From: Chloroflexota bacterium
Lineage (GTDB): Bacteria > Chloroflexota > Dormibacteria > Aeolococcales > Aeolococcaceae
Length of the DNA stretch: 64,000 nt
Reading direction: 5' to 3'
Assembly (NCBI GenBank): GCA_005880985.1
Contig: VBIQ01000005.1
Span: 350,059-414,058 of the forward strand
Shown: positions 11,822 to 19,441 of the stretch, in pieces
How positions within the stretch are numbered: position 1 is the stretch's first letter
Layout: each line of letters begins with the position of its first letter
The notes under the pieces: generated by a model
What the model saw: the letters and a program-made list of their open reading frames with translations, nothing else
What the model was told of the DNA's origin: nothing
The model's database searches: none
Translations under genes and position numbers: made by a program

Positions 11822-13038
11822 TGGCCTACCTTGTCCAGAAGTACGGCGGCAGCAGCGTGGCGACGCCCAGCAAGATTCGCGGTGTCGCCAAGCGGGTGCA
11901 GAAGTCGCTCTGCACGTGCGACGGCATCGTGGTGGTGGTCAGCGCCATGGGCGACACCACCGACGAGCTGATCTCGCTCGCCCACCGACTCAACGATGAT
12001 CCCCCGTCGCGTGAGATGGACATGCTGCTGAGCACCGGTGAGACCATCACCGCGCCGCTGCTGGCCATGTCGCTGGCGGCGATCGGTGTCGACGCGGTGT
12101 CGCTCACCGGTCTTCAGGCGGGCATCCGTACCAGCGCCTCTCACCGGAAGGCGAGGATCGTCGACATCATCCCAGAGCGCATCCTGGAGGAGCTTGCCCG
12201 CGGCCGCATCGTCGTCGTGGCCGGCTTCCAGGGCGCCAACGAACAGCTCGACATCACCACCCTTGGCCGGGGCGGATCAGACACTACCGCGGTCGCGCTG
12301 GCGACGGCGCTGCGCGCGGAGCACTGTGAGATCTACACCGACGTCCGCGGCGTCTTCAGCGCCGATCCGCGCATCGTCCCCGAAGCCGTGCCGATCCCCG
12401 AGATCTCCTATGCGGAGATGCTAGAATTCGCCGCCGTCGGCGCCAAGGTGATGCACCCGCGCGCCGTCGAGATCGGCGAGGCCTACGACATGCCGATCTG
12501 GGTGCGGTCGTCGTTCGACGACAGCGGCGGCACCATCATCTGCAGGCACCCCAAATTGGAAGATCGGCAGAAGGTGCGCGGCATCGCGCACGAGACCGAT
12601 GTCGCCAAGATCACCATGCTGCGCGTCCCGGATCGTCCCGGTATCGCCGCCGCCATCTTCGGGCCGCTGGCGGAGCATCACATCAACGTCGACGTCATCC
12701 TCCAGAACGTCGGTCACGACGGCACCACCGACCTCTCCTTCACCATCTCCGCCTCCGACCTGCGAGCCGCCGAGAAGCTGGTCGGCGACATCGCCCACTC
12801 CATCGGCGCCGACGGCTACGAGGCGACCTCCGACATCGCCAAGGTCTCGGTGGTGGGCACCGGCATGCTCAACACGCCGGGCATCGCCGCCACCATGTTC
12901 CGCACCCTCGCCGACGCCGGCATCAACATCACCCTGATCAGCACCAGCGAGATCCGCATCACCTGCATCATCGATCGCGAGCGGGTCCGCGACGCCGTCC
13001 AGGCCCTGCACCGGGCCTACGAGCTCGACCAGCTGTGA
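11821..13038 (+). CDS. lysC: Aspartate kinase
   Basis: VQKYGGSSV, VVVSAMGDTTD, TLGRGGSDTTA, two ACT domains, STSEIRI. Confidence 0.95.
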   Translation: MAYLVQKYGGSSVATPSKIRGVAKRVQKSLCTCDGIVVVVSAMGDTTDELISLAHRLNDDPPSREMDMLLSTGETITAPLLAMSLAAIGVDAVSLTGLQAGIRTSASHRKARIVDIIPERILEELARGRIVVVAGFQGANEQLDITTLGRGGSDTTAVALATALRAEHCEIYTDVRGVFSADPRIVPEAVPIPEISYAEMLEFAAVGAKVMHPRAVEIGEAYDMPIWVRSSFDDSGGTIICRHPKLEDRQKVRGIAHETDVAKITMLRVPDRPGIAAAIFGPLAEHHINVDVILQNVGHDGTTDLSFTISASDLRAAEKLVGDIAHSIGADGYEATSDIAKVSVVGTGMLNTPGIAATMFRTLADAGINITLISTSEIRITCIIDRERVRDAVQALHRAYELDQL

Positions 13039-13145
13039 CGACCCGCCGCAGGGGGGAGCCGACCAACAGCGCCGGCTCGGCCGGCGCGGGGAGGCAGGGG
13101 GGAGGCCCCCCCCCGAATGACGGGGGTCCCCGCGCGGCCCGCCGC

Positions 13146-13367
13146 GTGGGGAGCGATGGCCGCCTGCTCTGGACGCCGGTGGCCGGAGACGTCGTGCTGC
13201 TCCGCCGCCCCCACGTCTGCGGAACGGCACGGATGGTGGTGACCGTCGCCGGTCTCGACATCCGGCTGTCGTGCAGCGGCTGCGGGGCACGGGTGACGAT
13301 GCGCCGCGAGCGGGTGCGTTCGCAGGTGGCCGAGCTGGTGAGCACCGCCTCCGGGGGCAATCGCTAG
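13146..13367 (+). CDS. DUF951/YyzM-like small Zn-binding protein
   Basis: GDVVLLRRPHVCG...DIRLSCSGCG..V.M.R pattern, directly before ychF; start uncertain (13035 or 13146). Confidence 0.7.
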   Translation: MGSDGRLLWTPVAGDVVLLRRPHVCGTARMVVTVAGLDIRLSCSGCGARVTMRRERVRSQVAELVSTASGGNR

Positions 13368-14456
13368 TTGGCGCTCTCGGCGGGCATCGTCGGCCTGCCC
13401 AACGCGGGCAAGTCGACCCTGTTCAACGCCCTGACCCGCGCCGGCGCCACGGTGGGCAACTACCCCTTCACCACCATCGAGCCCAATACCGGCATCGTAC
13501 CGGTGCCCGACGACCGGCTCGAACGGCTGGCGGAGATCTTCCGTCCGCCCAGGGTGATCCCAGCGACGGTGACCTTCACCGACATCGCCGGCCTGGTGCG
13601 CGGTGCCAGCCGCGGCGAGGGACTGGGAAACCAGTTCCTCGGCCACATCCGCGAGACCGACGCCGTGGTCATGGTGGTGCGCAGCTTCTCCGACGACGAT
13701 GTCAGCCACGTCGAAGGTGCGGTCGACCCGGTTCGCGACATCGACCTGCTGGAGCTCGAGCTCGCGCTGGCCGATCTCGAGACGGTGCGCCGCCGGCTGG
13801 ACCGCACGGAGCGGACGGCGCAGCTCCGCAAGGACAAGGAGCTGCAGACGATGGCCACGCTTCGCCGGGTCCAGGAGCATCTCGACCGGGGCGCCCCGGT
13901 GCGCAGTCTGGGGCTGGGCGACGCGGAGCGCGACCTCATCCGCGACCTCTTCCTGCTCACCGCCAAGCCGCTGCTGGTGGTGGCCAACGTCGGCGAGGCC
14001 GACGCCGCTCGCGAGGTCCCAGACGCGGTTGTCGAACGCGCCGCGCGCAGCGGCGGCGAGGCGCTGGCGGTGTCGGCTCGCATCGAGTCGGAGCTGGTGG
14101 AGCTCGAGCCGGAGGATCAGCGAGCCTTCCTCGCCGAGCTCGGGGTCGAGCAGCCAGGCCTTGCCCGCCTGGCGAGGGCCGCCTATCACCTGCTCGACCT
14201 GGTCACCTTCTTCACCGCGGGGGAGAAGGAGGTGCGCGCCTGGACGCTGCCGAGCGGCGGCACCGCGCTCGACGCCGCCGGCAGCATTCACACCGATTTC
14301 GCCCGCGGCTTCATCCGGGCGGAGGTGATCGACGCCGCCGCCCTGATCGACGCCGGCTCCTACGCTGCCGCCCGGGAGCGGGGGCGCCTGCGGCTCGAGG
14401 GGCGGGACTACCCGGTTGAGGACGGCGACGTCGTCCACATCCGGTTCAACGTCTGA
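13368..14456 (+). CDS. ychF: Redox-regulated ribosome-binding ATPase YchF
   Basis: GIVGLPNAGKSTLFN, NYPFTTIEPN, DIAGLVRGASRGEGLGNQFL, IHTDFARGFIRAE, DGDVVHIRFNV. Confidence 0.96.
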   Translation: MALSAGIVGLPNAGKSTLFNALTRAGATVGNYPFTTIEPNTGIVPVPDDRLERLAEIFRPPRVIPATVTFTDIAGLVRGASRGEGLGNQFLGHIRETDAVVMVVRSFSDDDVSHVEGAVDPVRDIDLLELELALADLETVRRRLDRTERTAQLRKDKELQTMATLRRVQEHLDRGAPVRSLGLGDAERDLIRDLFLLTAKPLLVVANVGEADAAREVPDAVVERAARSGGEALAVSARIESELVELEPEDQRAFLAELGVEQPGLARLARAAYHLLDLVTFFTAGEKEVRAWTLPSGGTALDAAGSIHTDFARGFIRAEVIDAAALIDAGSYAAARERGRLRLEGRDYPVEDGDVVHIRFNV

Positions 14457-14490
14457 GCAGCGACAGAGATGGGCGAACCGCGGGGCGGCC

Positions 14491-14511
14491 GAGCCCCTTG
14501 TCACGGGGCTC
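14491..14511. terminator. Hairpin between ychF and the convergent candidate ncRNA
   Basis: GAGCCCC-ttgtcac-GGGGCTC inverted repeat. Confidence 0.55.
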
Positions 14512-14697
14512 AGGAGTCACCGGACTCATCAATGAGGTGTGCGCCCGCCTCGGGCGACGGGCGCAGGCACACGGACGCCGGGGACGGCGGCCATTGCTGG
14601 AAAGATCGGCCGGACCGGTGCAGGGAGCCGGCGTCCGCTGCCTGGCGGGACCCGACGAGCCGGAGGGGTGACCCCTCCCCCACATCTTGTGTCCCGG
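14491..14697 (-). ncRNA. Candidate structured ncRNA (6S-like rod with central bubble)
   Basis: End-to-end pairing: 14667-14675 with 14513-14521, 14654-14663 with 14520-14530, and 14628-14643 with 14565-14581. Mismatches become G-U pairs only on the minus strand. Has its own promoter and a 3' hairpin. Confidence 0.6.
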
Positions 14698-14731
14698 GCG
14701 ACATCCTACCCCCGCATGCTGTGGAGGTCAA
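14677..14731 (-). promoter_or_regulatory. Sigma70-type promoter with two NrdR-box-like 16-mers
   Basis: Minus strand TTGACC(14731-14726)-17 bp-TAGGAT(14708-14703). CCACAGCATGCGGGGG (14724-14709) and ACACAAGATGTGGGGG (14692-14677) are 32 bp apart. Confidence 0.6.
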
Positions 14732-14808
14732 TGGCCTCGGCCGAGGGCGGATGCCGTCCTTCCGCGCCTCGGGGGCTCGCCGACACGCCTGCTACCCTTG
14801 CCGCGTCC

Positions 14809-15222
14809 ATGGCCAAGAAGACCAAGCGGTCGCAGGCCCGGCGCCGTCAACAGCTCCAGCCGCGACCGGGCCCGGCCACCGGGCCGCTTTCCACGGCGAC
14901 GGTGGCGCCGGTGGCCGGTGGCGAGCCCGCCGCTCCCGTCGATCTTCCCGTCGACTCGCCATCGGCAGCGGCGCCTCCCCCGCCGTCGGCGGCGGTCAGG
15001 CGCGTCGGGCGCATCGATCCGGCGGCGCAGCGGGCTACCGCGGCGCGGCAGAGCGCGCGTCAATCGGCGGTCACCATCGCTCCGCTCGACAGCGACGACG
15101 CTGCGATTCCCTTCGATCGGGTGCCCTATGTGCCGGGGGATCTCCGGCGGGTCGCCATCATCGCGGTGCTGATGGTGGTTCTGATCATCATCGCCGACCT
15201 CGTCGTCACTCACGTCACCTGA
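14809..15222 (+). CDS. Hypothetical tail-anchored membrane protein
   Basis: MAKKTKRSQARRRQ, Pro/Ala-rich linker, YVPGDLRR followed by a single C-terminal TM helix; TACCCT -10 at 14793. Confidence 0.75.
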   Translation: MAKKTKRSQARRRQQLQPRPGPATGPLSTATVAPVAGGEPAAPVDLPVDSPSAAAPPPPSAAVRRVGRIDPAAQRATAARQSARQSAVTIAPLDSDDAAIPFDRVPYVPGDLRRVAIIAVLMVVLIIIADLVVTHVT

Positions 15223-15318
15223 CCGTCGGCGCCGCCACAACGACGAGGAATCAGGGCGCAGCGGAGTTGAGGCGGTAGACTTCAGCGGCTGCGCGGCTGC
15301 AGGGGGCAATTCACGCCG

Positions 15319-16491
15319 ATGCGAGTGATTCTCTATACCGGCAAGGGCGGGGTCGGAAAGACCTCGGTCGCCGCTGCCACGGCGGTGCGGTGTGCACGGC
15401 TTGGACACCGCACTCTGGTGCTGAGCACCGACGCCGCCCACAGTCTCGCCGACAGTCTCGACGTCGAGGTCGGCGAGCATCCCAACGAGGTCGCCGAGAA
15501 CCTCTGGGCGCAGGAGGTCAACGCGCTCCACGAGCTGGAGAGTCACTGGGAGAAGATCCACGTCTACCTGAGTGAGCTCTTCGCCTCGCAGGGTGTCGAC
15601 GACATCGTTGCCGAGGAGCTGGCCTCGCCGCCGGGGATGGAAGAGGTGGCCAGCCTGATGTGGATCAAGCACCACCGGCGCACCGAGCAGTTCGACCTGC
15701 TGGTGGTTGACTGCGCTCCCACCGGAGAGACCCTGCAGCTGCTCGCGTTCCCCGACGTGGCCCGCTGGTATCTCAACAAGATCTTCCCCATCGAGCGCCG
15801 GGTGATGAAGGTGGCTCGCCCGGTGGTGCAACCGTTTCTCAGCATCCCCCTCCCGGGCGACGAGATCTTCAGCAGTGTCAAGGAGCTCTTGCTCGACCTG
15901 GAGGGGATGAAGCAGGTCCTCGGCGATCCCAAGGTGTGCACCACGCGCCTGGTTCTCAACCTCGAGAAGATGGTGATCAAGGAGGCGCAGCGAGCCTTCA
16001 CCTATCTCAGCCTCTACGACTATCTCACCGACCTGGTGGTGGTGAACCGGGTGCTCCCGCCGGAGGCCGGAGACGGCTACTTCAGCGGCTGGCGCCAGTC
16101 ACAGGAGCGCTACTCCGAGGTGGTGGACAGCGCCTTCTCACCGATCCCCATCCGCCGCACCCGGCTGTTCGAGCACGAGGTGGTGGGGATCGAGCGGCTC
16201 GACGATATGGCACGGTCGCTCTTCGGCGACGAGGATCCGTCCACCATCTACTACCACTCCGTCCCGCAGCAGGTGCGCAGGCTCGGTACCGGCTACGAGC
16301 TGGTGCTGCAGCTGCCCTTCGTCAGCAAGGATGAGGTCGTCCTCACCCACCGCGAAGGCGAGCTCTTCGTCACCGTCGGCGCGTACAAGCGGGAGATCAG
16401 CCTGCCGCGGGTGCTCGCGGGCAGGCAGACCACCTCGGCCAAGCTCGAAGAGGGCATGCTTCGCATCGGCTTCGGGAGTGCCCGGCGCTGA
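15319..16491 (+). CDS. ArsA/Get3(TRC40)-family ATPase with C-terminal HSP20-like domain
   Basis: GKGGVGKTS deviant Walker A, STDAAHSL, PPGMEE, DCAPTGETL, C-terminal beta-rich GELFVTVG..KREISLP; single ATPase domain. Confidence 0.9.
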   Translation: MRVILYTGKGGVGKTSVAAATAVRCARLGHRTLVLSTDAAHSLADSLDVEVGEHPNEVAENLWAQEVNALHELESHWEKIHVYLSELFASQGVDDIVAEELASPPGMEEVASLMWIKHHRRTEQFDLLVVDCAPTGETLQLLAFPDVARWYLNKIFPIERRVMKVARPVVQPFLSIPLPGDEIFSSVKELLLDLEGMKQVLGDPKVCTTRLVLNLEKMVIKEAQRAFTYLSLYDYLTDLVVVNRVLPPEAGDGYFSGWRQSQERYSEVVDSAFSPIPIRRTRLFEHEVVGIERLDDMARSLFGDEDPSTIYYHSVPQQVRRLGTGYELVLQLPFVSKDEVVLTHREGELFVTVGAYKREISLPRVLAGRQTTSAKLEEGMLRIGFGSARR

Positions 16492-16727
16492 CTGACGAGC
16501 GCTGCGGCATCTGCCCGGGGCGCTTCCTCGGTGAGGCCGGACAGCTGCTGGGTCCGGCCGTCGAGGACATCATTCCCCACGAGGCGCAGGTGCACCTCTT
16601 CAATGCCCAGCGCGAGCTGCTGCTGGCGGTGAAGCTCACCATCGAGCACCACACCCGCTCGCAGCAGGCGGCGGAGCGTCGCGCCCGGCGCCAGCGGCGC
16701 CGCCCGGTCCGCGTCGAGCTGGAATGA
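16488..16727 (+). CDS. Small CxxC protein coupled to ArsA/Get3 (DUF5304-like), probable CTG start
   Basis: Absent from the ORF track. GGGAG at 16474-16478; CTGA overlaps the ATPase stop. Reads (M)TDERCGICPG...HLFNAQRELLLAVK...PVRVELE; its stop overlaps the next ATG. Confidence 0.75.
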   Translation: MTDERCGICPGRFLGEAGQLLGPAVEDIIPHEAQVHLFNAQRELLLAVKLTIEHHTRSQQAAERRARRQRRRPVRVELE

Positions 16728-17470
16728 CCGGCCCGCAGGCCTATATCACCGCGGTCGTCTACGCGCTTCCCGGCCTGATCATCGGCTTCACCCTGCACGA
16801 GCTGGCCCACGCGGCCACCGCCGTGCGGCTCGGCGATCCCACCCCGCGACGTCTCGGCCGGCTCACCCTGGATCCGCGCGAGCACGTCGACCCGGTCGGG
16901 CTGGGCCTGCTGCTGACAGTCGGCTTCGGCTGGGCCAAGCCGGTGGTCTTCAGCCCCGCCTACATCCGCACCGGGCTGCAGCAGGCGGCGGTGGCGGCGG
17001 CGGGACCGCTGACCAACCTGCTGCTCGCGGTGGTCTTCGCGGTGGCGCTGCACGCCGAGCTGGCGACCTCGTCGACCCTGCTGGATCGAGCCGTCCTCAA
17101 CATGTCACTCGGCCAGGGGGGGCCCGACGTCATCCTCTTCAACCTGCTGGTCGAGGCCTTCTTCGTCAACGTCGTGCTCTTCGTCTTCAACAGCCTTCCC
17201 GTCCCGGGCCTCGACGGCTACGCGACGGCGCGCGGGCTGCTCGGCCGGCAGCTCCCCGATGTCTTCCGCTGGATGGAGGCCAACCGGCAGCTCATCTACC
17301 TCGGTCTGATCCTGCTGATCTTCGTGCTTCCCCAGTTTCAAGGCGGCGTCAACCCCCTGTACTCCACCATCCTCCACGTCAACGACTTCCTCTATCACCA
17401 CTTCGTCGACAGCTCGTCGACGGTGGTGGGAAGCCTCCCCAACATTTTCAACCTGTTCCAGCAGCAGTGA
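16724..17470 (+). CDS. Site-2 protease family (M50) membrane metalloprotease
   Basis: HELAH, GWAKPV, AAGPLTNL, FNSLPVPGLDG. Confidence 0.92.
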   Translation: MTGPQAYITAVVYALPGLIIGFTLHELAHAATAVRLGDPTPRRLGRLTLDPREHVDPVGLGLLLTVGFGWAKPVVFSPAYIRTGLQQAAVAAAGPLTNLLLAVVFAVALHAELATSSTLLDRAVLNMSLGQGGPDVILFNLLVEAFFVNVVLFVFNSLPVPGLDGYATARGLLGRQLPDVFRWMEANRQLIYLGLILLIFVLPQFQGGVNPLYSTILHVNDFLYHHFVDSSSTVVGSLPNIFNLFQQQ

Positions 17471-18867
17471 CCGCCGCGCCGACGCCGCGCGAGCTCCCGT
17501 CGGTCGATGCGCTGGCCGCGCATCCGGGGCTGTCGCGATGGCACGAGGCCCCGGCGGTGCGCGCCCGAGCCGCCCGCTCGGTGCTGGAGGAGGAGCGGAC
17601 CGCGCGCCGGGGCGGGACCACCCGCTATCCCGACGGCGACGCGCTCGCGGCCGCGGTGGCGCTGCGACTGGGCCGCCTGCTGGATCCCGGGCCGCGCCGG
17701 GTGATCAACGCGACCGGCACCGTGGTCCACACCAACCTCGGGCGCGCACCCCTCTCCGCGGCGGCACGCGCGGCGGCGGTGCGCGCCGCCGGGTACTGCG
17801 ACCTCGAGTACGACCTCGGCCCCGGCGTGCGCGGGTCGCGACAGGACCACCTGGCACCGCTGGTGGCGGAGCTGTGCGCTGCCGAGGACGCGCTGGTCGT
17901 CACCAACAACGCCGCCGCCGTGCTGCTGACGATGACGGCGCTGTGCCGCGGCGGGGAGGTGCTGGTCTCTCGAGGCGAGGCGGTGGAGATCGGCGGCGGC
18001 TTCCGCATCCCCGATGTGATGCGGCAGTCGGGTGCGCGGATGGTCGATGTCGGCACCACCAACCGCACCCGCGCCGCCGATTACGCCACCGCGATCACCC
18101 CGCGGACCCGGGCCATCGTCCGCGTTCACGCCTCGAACTTCAGCATCCGCGGTTTCACCGAGCGGCCGACCACCGCGGAGTGCGCCACGATCGCGCGCGA
18201 GCACGGGCTGCTGCTGATCGAGGATGCCGGAAGCGGGGCGCTGCTGGACCCGCCGGCCGGGCGACCCGAGCTGGCCGGAGAACCGGTGCTGGCGTCGGTC
18301 GTCGCCGCCGGAGCCGACATCGTGCTCGCCAGTGGCGACAAGCTCTGCGGCGGGCCGCAGGCAGGTGTCGTCGCCGGCCGCGCCGACCCGATCGGCCGAA
18401 TGCGCCGCCACCCGCTGATGCGAGCGCTGCGTCCCGACAAGATGATCGTCGCGGCGCTCGGCGCCACCCTGGCCGCCTACCTGCGGAGCGACGCGGTGGA
18501 GAGCATCCCGGTTCAGCGCATGCTCAACCGCAGCGACGCCGACCTGGCCGGCGACGCCCGGGCGTGGACGGCTCGACTTCGCGACGCCGGGGTGGCGGCG
18601 GAGGCGGTTGCGGCGGCGAGCACGGTCGGCGGCGGCTCGGCGCCGGAAGCGGCGCTGCCGACCACGTGCGTGGTCCTGCCGGGGCCGACGGGGCGGCTGC
18701 TGGCCGCGCTGCGCGCCGCCGATCCTCCGGTGGTGGCCCGCGCCGAGGGCGGCCGCGTCTGGCTCGACCCGCGGACCGTGCTGACCGATGAGGCGGACAC
18801 CCTGATCGACTGCGTCCGCCAAGCCTGGGAGGCGGTGCATCCCACGCCCGTGGGCCGTCCCCGCTGA
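17467..18867 (+). CDS. selA: L-seryl-tRNA(Sec) selenium transferase
   Basis: VINATGTVVHTNLGRAPL, NNAAAVLL, VEIGGGFRIPDVM, GTTNRT, SGDKLCGGPQAG, RALRPDK. Confidence 0.95.
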   Translation: MTAAPTPRELPSVDALAAHPGLSRWHEAPAVRARAARSVLEEERTARRGGTTRYPDGDALAAAVALRLGRLLDPGPRRVINATGTVVHTNLGRAPLSAAARAAAVRAAGYCDLEYDLGPGVRGSRQDHLAPLVAELCAAEDALVVTNNAAAVLLTMTALCRGGEVLVSRGEAVEIGGGFRIPDVMRQSGARMVDVGTTNRTRAADYATAITPRTRAIVRVHASNFSIRGFTERPTTAECATIAREHGLLLIEDAGSGALLDPPAGRPELAGEPVLASVVAAGADIVLASGDKLCGGPQAGVVAGRADPIGRMRRHPLMRALRPDKMIVAALGATLAAYLRSDAVESIPVQRMLNRSDADLAGDARAWTARLRDAGVAAEAVAAASTVGGGSAPEAALPTTCVVLPGPTGRLLAALRAADPPVVARAEGGRVWLDPRTVLTDEADTLIDCVRQAWEAVHPTPVGRPR

Positions 18868-18902
18868 AGACGCCGCGGCACCCCTCGGTCACCGTCGAAG
18901 GG

Positions 18903-19391
18903 GTGGGCTATGCGATCTCCGGAGCCCAGGTCGCCATCGTCGACGGCGACCTGGTGCTGCTGCAGCTGCGGCCCTGGCCGCCGGGATGGGAGCTGCCCGG
19001 CGGTCATTGCCAGGGCGATGAGGACCCGGCCGGCTGTGCCGCCCGCGAGGCGGAGGAGGAGACGGGGCTGTCGATCACCATCGCCGGCCTGGTCGGCGTC
19101 TACAGCTGGGCAGGGCTGCGCCGCAGCGCCGACGCGGTCTACTGGGCCGACGCCACCGGGGCCCGGCCGCGCCGCAGCCTGGAGTCGCTCCGGGCGCGCT
19201 TCGTGTCGCCCGCCGAGCTGCCCGCGACCGTCTTCCCCTGGATCCCGCAGCGGGTGCGCGACAGCGTCGCCGCCGCCGCCGGCGCGCCGCCGGTGCACCG
19301 CGTCCAGCCCGTCGGGTTGCGCCACGTGCTGTTCTTCGGCGGCCGCTGGGCCGGCTGGCTTCTCGACCGGCTGCGCCGTGGCCGCCGCTGA
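18903..19391 (+). CDS. NUDIX hydrolase
   Basis: WELPGG...DEDPAGCAAREAEEETGL Nudix box. Confidence 0.85.
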   Translation: MGYAISGAQVAIVDGDLVLLQLRPWPPGWELPGGHCQGDEDPAGCAAREAEEETGLSITIAGLVGVYSWAGLRRSADAVYWADATGARPRRSLESLRARFVSPAELPATVFPWIPQRVRDSVAAAAGAPPVHRVQPVGLRHVLFFGGRWAGWLLDRLRRGRR

Positions 19392-19441
19392 CCGGCATCG
19401 GGGAAGGGTGCGGCGCTGATGCGGTGCTACGGTGACCGGCC

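Noticed and set aside
14446-14731. Antisense small ORFs (79 aa, 73 aa) as the product of the minus-strand promoter
   Set aside because: One starts within the promoter itself. The other lacks an SD, has non-coding-like composition and runs through the terminal hairpin.
15319-16491. Arsenic resistance operon
   Set aside because: No arsB/acr3/arsC/arsR/arsD nearby; the single domain with HSP20-like tail fits the Get3-like class better.
19392-19441. GGAAG-starting hairpin before selB as possible tRNA-Sec
   Set aside because: Too short, with no UCA anticodon arm or T-loop; more likely a simple hairpin plus a -10 (TACGGT) for selB.
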